Below are positions 37,711 to 51,991 of a stretch of 64,000 bases of DNA, in pieces. The notes under the pieces were generated by a model, which saw only the letters and a list, made by a program, of their open reading frames with translations, did not search any database and was not told the origin of the DNA. The DNA lies in assembly GCF_006345805.1 (NCBI RefSeq), contig NC_043005.1, positions 10,230,001-10,294,000 of the forward strand, given 5' to 3'. The DNA is from Octopus sinensis. Its lineage: Eukaryota. Within the stretch, counting starts at the first letter, position 1. Every line of letters begins with the position of its first letter. The position numbers and the translations under genes are program-made.

Positions 37711-38390
37711 AGTACTGTCAGTGACATTAACACATTTATAGTGTCAGCCACAACATATGGTTCTTTTGGTATTGGACTGTAACATAGCAAACCTAGATTC
37801 CAAGTGTAATTCGAGAAACCTAATAAAAATAACACCACGTACTGCATATAATATGCCTGACACCAACCGGCTGTGTATCTCTAGCAGAGAAGGTGGTTGG
37901 TGACTATTAAGCGTCGTGTTGAAGTTTACAGAGGCAAACGTTAATTTTTGCCCTTCATCATGTATGTCCTTACATGCACAAGGTAGGAAATTGGTTCTAT
38001 TAGCAGTTATAAATTTCTCACACACACAAAAAAAAAGAAGAAAAAACTAGATTAAATTTTGAGCGAACGAAGTTTCAGTCTAAAGCATTAGCACAAAACA
38101 GACGTAATGACGTCACGTAAGCCGAATGTGATGAACTATCATAATGGCATGCTTTTACATGCTTAAATACTTTTTTGTACTGAATTTCCCTTGTGAAAAA
38201 AAAAAAAACTACCTCTCAGCTGGAGGAACAACATGAATAATTCGCTCTTGCAGGAAACGCAAAAACATGCCAATAGGAACAAGCTATTACCACTAAATAC
38301 ACTTCAGTTCATATATATATATATAAACTGACTTCTGAAAATATCATTTACGTAACGCTACGCACTTATTTTTTACCCATATATTCTATA

Positions 38391-38454
<64 letters not shown>

Positions 38455-40440
38455 TATTATATATTATATATATATATAGATATATAGTATATATTCGTGT
38501 CTGTCAATGTAGACTACATCAAGTTTTCTGAAGCATGGCATCTACTGTATCTGTATACCCTAAACTATGTAGACCCACGTCAGGTCAATGGTGACCTGCG
38601 TGTATCTGCACACGTATGTGCAGGCCTGAGCACTGTGTTTTGAGGAAGTCTAGCTGCAGCTGTTTATACCGGCAAGTTTCTATCTGCATACCACTGATAT
38701 TTAATCACGGAAGTAAGGCCGCCGATTTGAATTAACACACCTGAGCACCACTGTTGAATACAAAACTAAAATAGACACTGTTGGTATCTTGCCCGACTTT
38801 CAAATATTTCTGACAATGCACTGCCATGGCTTGGTATTTCCTCGTCAACCGGAAAGGGTTGTAAAGCAAATTTGACTGCAGCGGAATTTGAACTCAGACT
38901 GCAGAGAATGGAAACAAATTCCGAGAGGCATTCCATGCAAACAGCCAGTTGGTTATATTCTCTTATATTACCTTCGATAAGATATTCTTGGGTGATACAA
39001 GAAGAAGCAAGACGGTTCTACATATGCTTAGCCACCAGTAATCCCTTCTCTAATGGCCACAAAGGCCGCATAAAAATTTAGGCGAATACAAAGTAGTGAG
39101 GATTTACGTATACACGTAGATGTAATAAAAAACAAAATAACAATTAACAGGAAGGTTGAAAAACAAAATGCCCAGATAGAGTAAAGTACCATCGAAGGTT
39201 AACCAAGAGACCATTAAAATCCTAAGTTCACCGCGATCATCGAGGGATGTGCCGGAATACACCTTCTTCCATCTTTTCTCTCCATCATACAAGCACCAGC
39301 TTATTCATTCGGTCGATCCACACCACATTCAACCACCTTTTAAACAAATTTACTGGGAGGGGAGCAGCATTTCTCTCTCAACTCTTAATTTCTATTGGAA
39401 CATTAAAAGGTTGATGAAGATTAGGTCGAAAAAAGATTTCCCTCAGTTTAAGAACTACTGAACTGCATTTTGTCATCTCAAAAAAAAAATGCACAGTTAA
39501 TCATGTAATCTGAGATACACAACGCCTTGGTCAAGATTTATTCTTAGACATAATCTGTTATCCAGTTTAATACCTCCACCGGGTCCTTGAGTATCTTTAG
39601 TGGAGTCCACTTTGTTGCAAGCATTTGGGTTAGATCTTCACTTTCAGGATAACTTCCTCTTTTTGTTCTTACCAATCCTGGTGGCCTGAAAAAGTAAAGT
39701 ATCATACACTGCTTTTCCTTTAATGAATAAACGTTTAAATAAATGAATGGAATTCTTGCTTGATCAGGACTGATGTAACTCCAAACAGCAACAATAACCA
39801 CAATAACCAGGTGGACATGTTATAACTAGTGGTAAAACTTTTTGTAGAGATATCCATATGATATTATGTGGAGAAAAATATGTAAAGATATATCTGAAGA
39901 AAAATTACTTTTCAATGCACGATATATTATCTATATGAAAGTAAAATTGTGTATCATTGTGCCGAGAAGTTTTCGACGTTTCGGACAACACTTATGCTTC
40001 AGAAAAGACAGGCGAGTAAGTATCACTCACTTAATTTTACTGTTATACCAATAAATACGATATTTGCTGGCGCAGATTACCACCAGTCTATTGATTTCTT
40101 TTTTTTTTCTACCCATTATGCAATTAGATAAACTATAATGGCATAACACTAATTACCATAATTTTTTTTCCTTATCTATGACATCTTCATTGTGATCAAT
40201 AATGTTATCAGTATTATCTATCGTGCTATCTATATTGTCATCTTATTTTCAAAACGGTTTATCTGACCGTTTAAAATTCTAATCATACGAATATGTAGGA
40301 ATGGTTTAACAGTATTCTAGAGTAAAAGAGAGAAAACGGGCAAGAGTTACTATCAAAGCAATAGATTATAACATGGACAGCCAAGGAACTTCTGCGTGGT
40401 CGTTGCTCAACTTGGTTGAAAAAACAGCAAAATCTCCTAC

Positions 40441-41010
40441 CTATTTCTTTACTACCCACAAGGGGCTAAACACAGAAGGGACAAACAAGGACAGACAAAC
40501 GGATTAAGTCGACTATATCGACCCCAGTGCGTAACTGGTACTTAATTTATCGACCCCGAAAGGATGAAATGCAAAGTCGACCTCGGCGGAATTTGAACTC
40601 AGGACGTAGCAGCAGACAAGATACCTATTACTTTACTAGCCATAAGGGGCTAAACACAGAGGGGACAAACAAGCACAGACAAACGGATTAAGTCGACTAT
40701 ATCGACCCCGAAAGGATGAAAGGCATAGTCGACCTCGGCGGAATTTGAACTCAGAACGTAACGGCAGACAAAATACCTATTTCTTTACTACCCACAAGGG
40801 GCTAAACACAGAGGGGCCAAACAAGCACAGACAAACGGATTAAGTCGACTATATCGACCCCAGTGCGTAACTGGTACTTAATTTATCGACCCCGAAAGGA
40901 TGAAAGGCAAAGTCGACTGCGGCAGAATTTGAACTCAGAACGTAACGGCAGACAAAATACCGCTAAGCATTTCGACCGGCGTGCTAACGTTTCTACCAGT
41001 TCGCCGCCTT
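40441..41010 (-). mobile_element. SINE family B tandem trimer inside one TSD
   Basis: Three units. TSD aaaacagc(a/c)aaatct(c/t)ctac at 40421-40440 and 41011-41030. Confidence 0.88.
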
Positions 41011-41249
41011 AAAACAGCCAAATCTTCTACCATTTTATTATATATCATATCGGGAGGGTTAAGCAACAGTGTAAGAATAACAGCAAAACTTTAAGAATAA
41101 AGTGATTAACAGGTATGCATTAGTCATGCCACTTGTAAATGAAATAAATAGGTAAGATAAACGGTCTGACGAAAAGAAAAGTAATAATAGCGTCCAAAAG
41201 CAAATATTATCAAACATTTGTTAGTTCGTTTGTTGTTGCTGTTGCTGTT

Positions 41250-41615
41250 GAGGGAACGGTCTTCGTCCCAGAGCTCGCAAGATGGGAGTAGTCCGAAACG
41301 TGGTCCTTTGCTATTCGTAAGACCCGCAGAAGAGAAAGCAGGTCAACCCCCGACACCGAGAGCATCGACGGATGGATGAATGCACATCTAGGCTCAGCGG
41401 TTGCGTAGGAAGTCGGGGACAAGAAATAGGAAGAAAGAGTGAGAGAAAGTTGGAGCGAAAGAGTACAACAGGGGTCGCCACCACCCCCTGCTAGAGCCTC
41501 GTGGAGCTTTAGGTCTTTTCCCTCAATAAACACACACAACGCCCGGTCTGGGAATCGAAACCGCGATCCTCCGACCGCGAGTCCGCTGCCCTAACCATTG
41601 GGCCATTGCGCCTCC
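41250..41615 (-). mobile_element. SINE family C head/body with a different 3' tail
   Basis: 41425-41615 matches 16355-16548, whereas 41250-41420 is unrelated to 16167-16350. Confidence 0.8.
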
Positions 41616-43208
41616 TGTTGCTGCTGTTACTGCTGTTATTACTGCTGCCTGAGCCTCAGTCATTTATGACTGAACAGACTCATGATCAAATTGAAACTCG
41701 GATTGTGGTCCTCACTCTGTTTTATTCAGATATTCTATATTTAGTGTAACTACATTTCTCAATATTTCTTCCATTTTATTCTCTTTCTCTATTTATATAT
41801 ATTTAAGATGCATGGTGTGATATGAAATATATTTGGTTGTTATTTCTAACAAATCAAGAGACCAGGTGAAGGCTTCCTATATTTATCACCGGCAGAAAGT
41901 AGGAAAAGATTACTTCACTAAGAAATGTACTAGAAGACAGCTACATTAGATTTACATAAATAGAGAGCAGAAAATGGCATGGGTGTAAGATAAATAGTTT
42001 TAAAAATTAAACAAAAACATAAGATAAGTACAACTCTATATTTTTAAGAAAGCTGGTAAATATAATAAAAAAAATAATGCAGTATACGCTTGTTGTACGT
42101 GGAGAAGAGCCAGAAGATGTAACAGGTACGAGATATAGTTACAAATAAATAAATGATCAAAATAATTATAATTTAGGCACAAGGCCATCAAATTTGAGGG
42201 AAGGAGATTTTTTGATGCCATTGATTTCAGTATCAAACTGGTGCTTTATTTTCTTGATTTCGTACGGATAAGAGACAAAATCAATTTCGGAGGAATTCGA
42301 ACTCAGAACTTCAGTCTAGAGGGAACGTATGGTAGAGAAGCACCTTTCTGTGGTACCTTTGGCGCTCGAAGTGATCTAAGTTCGATGAGGACTCCTTGGT
42401 TTTAATAAAGTGGTTGGTAATTTATAGGGGAATTATGCTGTTACCAAATTTTCTACTTGTCGTTCATTTAGTTTCTACATGTATATGTGACATCCTTCTG
42501 TCCTTTGCTTTTGTATTGTCCTGAATTATATTTTTCGGTCCTTGGAAGGCCAATAAAGAAAATATACGACTTTTGCCTTTCATCCTTTCGGAGCCAACAA
42601 AAACAGCAGTTGAACATTGGGGTTAATGTATTCAACAAGCCCCCTTTCACAGAATTTTAGTCTTTGTGTCTATAGAAGAAAGGATTATTATCATCGTGGT
42701 CATCATCATCGTCATCATTATTATTATTTCTCATTCCAAACGCCCTACATATACGTCGTCTCAACTAACAATTAAACACACTCACATGTCTTTTATATAT
42801 TGCAGACCATGTAGCAAACTTACTCATAATAAAAGAAAGCTTCAAGCAAAAACTAATTTCTTTTGGATGGTAAATTACAAAAGAAAATGTATCTAAGGAG
42901 ACAAAACATTGCTAGAATACATGAATTAACAATATCGCCCAGAAAAGAAATAATGTACAAAAACGGCACAAAAATCAATAAACTAGGGGAAGAGAAAAAA
43001 TGATTGCAGCAAGAAGCAGTGAAATCGCGAAAGATATGAAGACACCAGAAAAGAAAATAGAAACAAATCCTGGAGAATAAAATCTTCAAAGAGGACGAAA
43101 AAAAAAGAGAGAGAAAGATTTTGCCTAGAATTAACTGAAAAGTAGATAAAAACAGAAAAAAGATATTAAGAAGAAAGTTACAGATAGTCGGAAAACTTAT
43201 TCCAAATT

Positions 43209-43209
<1 letters not shown>

Positions 43210-43286
<77 letters not shown>

Positions 43287-43336
43287 TAATAATAATAATA
43301 ATAATAATAATGATGATAATGATAATAATAATAATA
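43210..43336. repeat. (TAA)n microsatellite
   Basis: Direct reading. Confidence 0.95.
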
Positions 43337-43639
43337 GTTCTTTCTACGATTGGCACAAGGGGCCTGAAATTTTGGGAGAGTGGATTACTCGATTGTATCG
43401 ACTCCGGGGGTCAACTGGTGTGTATTGTATCGTCTTTAAAAGGATGAAAGAGAATGTAGTCCTCGGTGTGCCATTATAAGCACAAAGCCTGAAATTTTGG
43501 GGAAAAAGGTAATTCTATTACCTTGATCCCAGTGCTTGATTGGTGTATATTTTTTCGACTCCGAAAGGATGAAAGCAAAGGTTGACCGAGGTGGATTCGA
43601 ACTCTAAGCGTAAGGACGGACAAAATGCCGCTAAGAGAG

Positions 43640-44025
43640 TGAGGTTACTTACCCTGCTGCTGTAGTTGGCGGCCGGATGGCCTGGCCTCCAGATCTGGTG
43701 GGAGTTTCTCCTCCCGATGCTGTTGGCGGCCCTGTGACCCAGGCTCCGGATCTGGTTGTGGTTTCTCTGGGAAACCGCGCAAATTCTCTTCGTGGACGTT
43801 ACATTAGGATTTCCCACGTCGTTAGGGAATGCCTCTCTAATGTCTGTGTAGGTCTTTAGTAGCATCTGTGCCACCATCAAACTTTCCAGAACCCAAAGGC
43901 TGGTGGTATCATGTATTGCACCTTTTCTCTCAATTTCCTTACTTCCGGTTATGAGATCCATCAACTTTATGCTGGATTTCCTCAGCAGCACGAAATTAGG
44001 AGTTTCTGTGGTTGACTGTCGTGTA

Positions 44026-44113
<88 letters not shown>

Positions 44114-45040
44114 TTTTGGAGTGAGGTGGAGTTGCGATAGTGCTTGGTGTGGCCGGCGGGACTGGTGTTATTTTAGATATGTCTGTTTCCTTTGAACTGG
44201 AACATTATATTGTTGGTGTGGGGCCAGGTACTTTTCTTTTGCGTTGTCTTTTGGGTTTTTTGCTTTTTGTGACTCCTACTCGTCTTCGCTGCTCGATGTG
44301 GCGGCACCTGTATCTGTGGAATTAGTCTTAGAGTATTCGAGTCTGTGTTTGTATGAGTGTCGTTGTGTGAGCGTGTGCTTGAGAGAGAGGAAGACGTAGT
44401 ACTGGTTTGGGAGACACCCTGGGTGGTTATCTCTATTGTCTTTGTGATTCACTTACTAATGAGGTTGCATGTGTGGCATATTATCTCAGATGTTGCTGTT
44501 GTTGAGGGTTTTGTTTATGTGGTTGGAGTAGCCTCGACCCTCCTGTCTTTTGGAGGGGAACCATGAGGTGGCTTGTGACCCCACAAATGTCGCACATAGC
44601 TTTCTGCCTTCTACTACAACACATAAGTCAACCCCGTTCGGCAGTTGTGTAAGGTCCGGGATTTTTTCCATGTTTTCTGGCTTTACAAGGAGCAGAATTT
44701 CAATGGTTATCTCGGACCAGTTTTCCCTGCTGCTTCGTTTCACCTCTAGAAATGACTCCGAATCCTCTACCACGTACGTTACGATTCACCAAACGTTCAC
44801 ACCTGGCGGAAGGTCTTGTATTTCTATTGTGGCACTTCTTTTTGAGAGATAGGTTGTGTACAGGACCCACTCTTCACTCCGTCGGGGCGTTACTGCATGT
44901 TTAAATGCTAGTTCCTTAATTTTGGAGAGGACCTCGATGCTGGCATACTGTCTGCCTCTTTGTAAGTGGGCCACGTCTTCTAAAATGTCTTTCACAACCT
45001 CCTCCTCTTGATATATAATTCTTTCTACTGGAAACACCAG
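43640..45040 (-). mobile_element. Degraded LINE ORF1 (L1/Tx1-like, zinc knuckle)
   Basis: IEIQDLPPGV...VVVEGRK followed, after a frameshift, by CDICGVTSHL (CCHC-knuckle remnant) and a low-complexity Thr/Pro/Lys region. Confidence 0.5.
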
Positions 45041-45711
45041 GCCTCAAATTTGGGGAAGAGGTTAAGTTGATTGCATCAACCCCAGTATAGGCGCCTTTGG
45101 GTAGTGGATGGAGTTATTAGAACACCTGGTAAAGTTTACTTCATTGGACTAGATTTCTTAAACTGCACTACCGCACTTTGTTGAGAGGGGATAGTAGCCG
45201 ATTACATTAACCTCCGATTCTTGGTTAGTATTTTACCCGTCCCGGGAGGATGAATGCGAAGGCGATTTTGGCGGGATTTAAACATAGAGGCAGCTTAACA
45301 AAATATTACAAAGGATTATTTCGTCGGACTAATGAGTCTACCAAACCAGTGTTTTATAGTATTGATATAACATTGAAACTACGTGAGATATGAATAAGTG
45401 ACATTAAAACAAGGCTGGTTTATAGCAGACGCGTTGCCTTGCTTTGCTTCCTCAACTCCTGTTAGAGTCGATGAAACACCGTAATGAAATACGGTACATT
45501 TGGTAAATTTCTTCGAGAAATAAATACGTTCATACCAGTACAGGTACTTTATTTATCGTCTTCGAAAGGACGAAAGGCATAGTTTGACTTCGGCCCTAGT
45601 TGAACCCAAAGAGCAGAGGGTCGAAATGAATATTACAAGACAGTCTAACCGATGCTCAAACAACTCGGCCATTTCGTCTTATAGCAGGCTTATTATTTAA
45701 ACTAAGGGTAA

Positions 45712-45886
45712 AGACCCCCTTCGGTCATGAATGACCATGGGATTGCACCTAGAAAGTTACCCTCCTAGACACAAGTCCGGGCAAGGTTGTTTATGGAAGA
45801 CCAGCAGTCGCCTATGCATACCAGCCTCCCCTCACCACACCACCAGTGTTATCCAAGGGAAAGACAAAGGTCGATACAGCTTGGCA
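45712..45886 (-). mobile_element. SINE family D 3' fragment
   Basis: gacccccttcggtca...gggcaaggttgtttatggaagaccagcagtcg, as at 53549-53640. Confidence 0.75.
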
Positions 45887-46424
45887 AAAACAACATAAAT
45901 AGATATATATACCTACTTCATAAATAAGGTGCAATAAAAAGTTTTAAAGAACAGACACATTAACAGCAGACGTAGCTAGTACTACTGACACAATAATAAT
46001 AAGAGATACAACAGCAATTTACTATTCAAACTACTACAACAGTGGCAGGGATTATCAAGATAAATAGCAGGGAGAAAGTTCTTAACATATTCTTGTAAAA
46101 GCAAATGTTTCTTAAATACCTAGGGGCTTTAAACAGATGGTGTTTAGCTCCAATATTTTCATTCCGTTGACTAGATGAAAGATATATTTATACCTGGATG
46201 AAACATATGTTTTTCTTGGGTAACATTCCAGTATGACCTGGTGCTTACTTCAGACAACTGAGGGTAAAATGTTTCACCCAGAAACTTAACCAGACGATAG
46301 CATAGGGTGGCTTTATATTAGCCATTTTATTTAGACAAACAGACATGGAGGTTTACGAAACCTAACAAAAATGAAATATGCTACCAGTTTTAAGACCACA
46401 ATCAACCCCTTAGACCGTTTACAG

Positions 46425-46685
46425 CAGTGAATCTCAATCGGATTCCATATGACTTTTGGGGATTCATATAAGAATTTGTTGCTAAAATTTATGCGCAATA
46501 AATTGCTTATACATCTACAATACACAAAATATTTTAAGATTTTTATACAATTCCTAATAATATTTTATTATAAAAAAAAAAGCAGTGGATTTTTTTTACG
46601 TACATTGAATGATTATGGAGGTCCAGTAGGGTAAAAAAAAAAGAATCAAAGGAGCTCACTGGCAAAAAATATTTGAGAACCACTG
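46425..46685. mobile_element. hAT/Charlie-type MITE
   Basis: TIR cagtgaatctcaa / ttgagaaccactg. 8-bp TSD gtttacag / gtttaggg. Confidence 0.65.
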
Positions 46686-47689
46686 GTTTAGGGGAATTTC
46701 ATACCAGATAAACATTAGGACAACAACCGCGATTCCTTCTCTGTCGACATTGTTTTCTTCAAGGTCACTTCATTGGACTAGATTTCTTACACTGCACTAC
46801 CGCACTTTGTTGAGAGGGGATAGTAGCCGATTACATTAACCTCCGATTCTTGGTTAGTATTTTACCGGTCCCGGGAGGATGAATCCGAAGGCGATTTCGG
46901 ATTCATCCTCCCAGATGACTAACAGCTGTTCCGGCTGGACACCAACTACAATAGTTTCACCAACATAGGAAAACCTACAAGGCTAAGGGTACTTTCCTTT
47001 TCTTGACTAACTTATAGACAGAGGGACATTCAGGCACATAACCATTCTAGTTTAAGGTGTTGTTGCTAGATTGGAAGGTAGATAGATCCTTGTGTTCCTT
47101 TAGCAAACATTCGAACTAGAGCTACAATTTCCACCTCTGAATGTTTCCATATTTTTCTTGCATACATTTGATTGCAAATTTTCAGGCTGGATAACGATTG
47201 CGATAAATCTTACCAAGTTGCTTGGAAAGGCGGCACTATAAATATGTGCACTACTATGTTTATATATTTCATAGATAAATCTTATATATTTAACATAAAA
47301 TATATGAAGAAACCAAGCAAAAGTAAACCAGAAGGAAGAACAAGAGCAGACTAGAAACAGTGGTACAATTGATAACAACAATTAAACGTTCAAGAAAGAA
47401 TACAGAATTTAGTGGAAGGTATTAACTGACAAAAGAAAAATAATTTTCCGTTGTTAGCACCCGCAAAATATTCAAGTGTTCACATGTCATTTGATCATTA
47501 CAATTTTAACATAATATAAGTAGTACACATACATGACTGTACAATTAATAAGTTCGCTTCGTATCCACGAGGCTCCATGTTCGATCCCATTACGATGTAC
47601 CTTGGGTAAACATCTATCACAGCTTTGCGTTGACCAGTGTACTATGAATGAAGTTTGGTAGAGAGAGATTTTGCGGAAGCCAGTCGAGT

Positions 47690-47721
<32 letters not shown>

Positions 47722-47736
47722 ATAATATATATATAT

Positions 47737-47807
<71 letters not shown>

Positions 47808-47869
47808 AGAGAGAGAGAAAGAGAGAGAGAAAGAAAGAGAAAGAAAGAGAGAGAGAGAAAGAAAGAGAG

Positions 47870-47918
<49 letters not shown>

Positions 47919-48999
47919 TGCAGATGAATATGGTACTTAAGTTGAGACACCAGAATTTAGTACGGTATTATCCATACAATTTCAACGTAAGGTGATTAAA
48001 ATCAAAATAATGTAATGATTGCATTGTTCAATTAAATGGAGTTGCTTGAAACGATCGTAATGCATTACCTCTGGATATCCTTGTTGCTTATTATGATATA
48101 TATATATATATATATATATCCACGCGCGCTCACACATGCACACACACACATACACTCACACACACACACACATACGCACACACACACGTCTATTTATATA
48201 ATGTACCAGAGAATAGGTACGCATGTATGCATGGATGTGATTATGTTTATGTGACATTGTATCTGATTGACAGCCGCTGTTGGATTGTTTACCCCATTAC
48301 TTGACCCAATGTATTGAGTTCTTCTTCGCTTTCTTCGTGTTTTACAGTGTACATAATCTCACAAACCCTATACTAACAAAACCTATGTGTGTGTGTATCC
48401 GGGCTTGTGTGTGTGGAGGGGCGTATGTGTGCGTGTGGAGCATGAAAAAGATAGAAAAATTTGTGTATTCAAATAAAATATTTCCCTGTGTGATATTTGT
48501 TCCGTCACAGCTGCACAGACAATCCCATTTCATTCTTTTTAGTGGACCTGCCAAATACATCGCTATAGTTCACGATATATAACATTAAACAAAAAATTTT
48601 CTAATTTTGCAACAAGAAAATCAATTTTGATGGGAGGAGGCAAGCCAATTACATTGAGCGCAGTGTTCAACTGGTGCTTATACTATCAACCCTCAAAAAG
48701 ATGAAAGGTAAAGTCGACCACAGGGGAATTTAAGTTCAGAACGTATTTTTCTTGACGATTTAACAATTCTGCCAGCTCGCCATTCAGTGATGTTAACTAA
48801 AATAGATAATCCCACGCTTGCCGAACACCGACAGATTGCTGCTATTGCTGCTGCTGCTGCTGCTGCTGCTGCTGTGCTGCTGCTGCAGCCATTGTTGCTG
48901 TCGTTGCTCCTGCTGTTTTTGCTGTTGTTGTTGTTTCTGCTGCTGTTGTTACAGTTATTTTTAAAAGTAAGGTGTGCGATGAGTTAAGGTGTTGAATTT

Positions 49000-49350
49000 G
49001 CGTGGCACCTTGGGCAAGTGTCTTCTGCTATAGCCCCGGGCCGACCAATACCTTGTGAGTGGATTTGGTAGACGGAAACTGAAAGAAGCCTATTGTATAT
49101 ATATATATATATATATATAAGTGTGTGTGTATAAGTTTGTGTGTCTGTGTTTGTCCCCTGGCACTGCTTGACAACCGATGCTGGTGTGTTTACGTCCCCG
49201 TTACTTAGCGGTTCGGCAAAAAGAGACCGATAGAATAAGTACTGGGCTTACAAAAGAATAAGTCCCGGGGTCGATTTGCTCGACTAAAGGCGGTGCTCCA
49301 GCATGGTCGCAGTCAAATGACGGAAACAAGTAAAAGAGTAAAAGAGAGTA
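49000..49350 (+). mobile_element. SINE family A, 5'-truncated
   Basis: Matches the family A body and tail. Confidence 0.85.
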
Positions 49351-50128
49351 ACTGTAATTGTAATTGTTGTTGATAACCCTAATCAACCAGACTTATGAGT
49401 AAAACAATTCCATGGCCATCCTACCTTTTTAGACCTCTCTAGGACTTAGCTTTCTTAAGACAACAGAGTGTTACGCGAGGAGAGTCGTTTTACCTAACGA
49501 GGGTCGCCACGAGACATTGATAACATTGACAATAGCTTAGTAACTTAACAACAGGGGCAACGTCTACACGCACGTCTGATCTGCCGCACTTTGTCTAAAT
49601 CACACCTCAGTATCTGAAAAGACGAATATACTGGATGATGTAGTCTTAGACACATTATCTAATATTTTTAGCATAGAATTATCCTTTCTTTTCAGAAAGG
49701 GTAACTGGATCGTGGCTGGAACGTCTTTGATTAAAGGAAAAGCAGTTAAATCTCCTCCAAAAAGCACCCTGTCCTAGAATCGCTGCACACGGGAATAAGG
49801 AGGGGTTGTTACGGTTGAACTAAATGTGTTCGATCAAAGTTAACCGAGGATGGAGTGCACGATGGGTAGGGGTAGGGTAAACAACAACAACAACAACTCC
49901 CAACAGAATCAAGTAAAACAATTTAGAAAAGGATAGTTATGTTGACGTAGATGATTTTCCTTGTAAAGTGACTTGACGCGCTTTTGAGGACATAAAGATT
50001 TACAGAACTCAAGCCTTATCTAAACCAGATGAGTAGAGGTGTCCCCATTAGGTTAGAAGCGTAACTGCATAACCACAAGAATAGGAGGAATAAAAAAAAC
50101 AAAATATATCCACGGTATAAGTAAATTA

Positions 50129-50363
50129 TACAAGGCGGAGAGCTGGCAGAAACGTTAGCACGCCGGGCGAAATGCTTAGCAGTATTTCGTCTGCGTTACG
50201 TTGTGAGTTCAAATTCCGCCGAGGTCGACTTTGCCTTTTATCCTTTCGGAGTCGATAAATTAAGTACCAGTTACGCACTGGGGTCGATGTAATCGACTTA
50301 ATACCTATGTCTGTCCTTGTTTGTCCCCTCTGTGTTTAGCCCCTTGTGGGTAATAAAGAAATA
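50129..50363 (+). mobile_element. SINE family B monomer with perfect TSD
   Basis: 15-bp TSD ggtataagtaaatta (50114-50128, 50364-50378). tRNA-like head with gagttcaaattcc. Confidence 0.9.
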
Positions 50364-50667
50364 GGTATAAGTAAATTAGCTCGCACATTATATAGGTAAT
50401 GATTTTTATTTTTTACTCTTTAGTCAGGGAGAGGTAGATTGTGTCCATAACACCTATTTTCCATCATGACATCCGAAACTGGTGCAAAGAAATGAGGAAA
50501 AATCATCCTCAAGACAGACATGACCCGATTGCTGCAACGGAGTAAACTCCACAAAAGATAATCAAGGTGCCGGGTGGTGGTATTAAACCAAGTCTATGCA
50601 TTCTAGAACTCAAAACGCAAATAGCGGAATTAATAGCACTTTTTATTTCTAATATTGGCATTATTTA

Positions 50668-51110
50668 AGGAGGGGAGCTGGCAGAATTGTTACCGCACCG
50701 GGCAAAATGCTCAACAGCATTTCGCCTGTCTCTATGTTCTGAGTTCAAGTTCCAACGAAGTCGACTTTGCTTTCATTTTTCCGGGTTCGATAAGATAAGT
50801 ACCAGTTGAGCACTCGGGTCGATGTAATCGTCTTAGTCCCTTCCTCGAAATTGCTGGCCTTGTGTCAAAATTTGAAACTAATATTGGCACAAATTAAGAC
50901 GGTGAACTGGTAAAGTCGTTACCGCGCTGGGCGAAATGCCTAACAACATTTCGTCTGTCAACGGTCTGAGTTCAAATTCCGCCGACGTTGACTTTGCCTT
51001 TCGAGGTCGATAAAAAAAGTACCAGTTGAACACTGGGGATTGATGTAATCGACCTGTCCCCTTCCTCGAAAATGTTTGCTTTGTACCAAAATTTACAACT
51101 AATATTGGCA
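50668..51110 (+). mobile_element. Two adjacent diverged SINE B copies
   Basis: Heads at ~50668 and ~50897, each followed by the Meta-like domain. Confidence 0.75.
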
Positions 51111-51377
51111 CAAATTTTGTAGAGAAGGTATAATCGACAAAATGGGTCCTTGTAGTCTGCTGATACTTTATTTTAGCAACCTAGGGCAGAAGAAAGGCCA
51201 AGTTTACCTCGGCAAAGTATGTTCCTACAACCAAATATTCATGCAAAAAAAAAAAAAGACTGTAGTTTAAATAAACGCCGACTATCTTCAAGTTATCTAA
51301 TTTGTTTTTCTTCATTTTTTTCAGTCAAAATCGTGTTAATTAAATTCGACTTTTGACATTTTGTCCTTCCAAATATT

Positions 51378-51991
51378 CTTTTCTACTTTAGGCACAAGGC
51401 CCGAAATTTGGGGGGATGGGGTCAGTCGATCAAATTGACCTCAGTACGCAACTAGTACTTAATTTATCGACCCCCGAATGGATGAATAACAAAGTCGATT
51501 TCGGCGGAATTTGAACTCAGCACTAAAGACAGACGAAATACCTATTTTTTTACTAGCCACAGGGGGCTAAACACAGAAGGGATAAATAAGGACAGACAAA
51601 CGGATTAAGTCGATTACATCGACCCCAGTGCGTAACTGGTACTTAATTTATCGACCCCGAAAGTATGAAAGGCAAAGTCGACCACGGCGGAATTTGAACT
51701 CAGAACGTAACGGCAGACGAAATACCACTAAGCGTTTCGCCCGGCGTGCTAATGTTTCTTATTTTTTCATTGCCCACAAGGGGCTAAACATAGAGGGGAC
51801 AAACAAGGACAGACAAACGGATTAAGTCGATTATATCGACCCCATTGCGTAACTGGTACTTATTTGATCAACCCCGAAAGGATGAAAGGTAAAGTCGACC
51901 TCGGCGGAATTTGAACTCAGAACGTAGCGACAGACGAAATACTGCTGAGCATTTCACCTGGCGTGCTAACGATTCTGCCAGCTCGCCGCCT
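51378..51991 (-). mobile_element. SINE family B composite multimer inside one TSD
   Basis: Flanked by ttgtccttc(c/t)aaata(t/c)t (51361-51377, 51992-52008). Confidence 0.8.

Noticed and set aside
39100-39830. Possible decayed L1-type endonuclease on the minus strand (…YLNVY…)
   Set aside because: Similarity too weak to support a call.
48264-48273. TGATTGACAG Pbx/Meis-type site; also TGACGTCA near 38108 and TAAT-rich unique patches
   Set aside because: Single short motifs are expected by chance in 64 kb; conservation data would be needed.
48787-48987. Poly-Ala/Leu ORF resembling a signal peptide or poly-Q exon
   Set aside because: It is a (GCT/GTT)n triplet repeat between SINEs with no supporting exon context.
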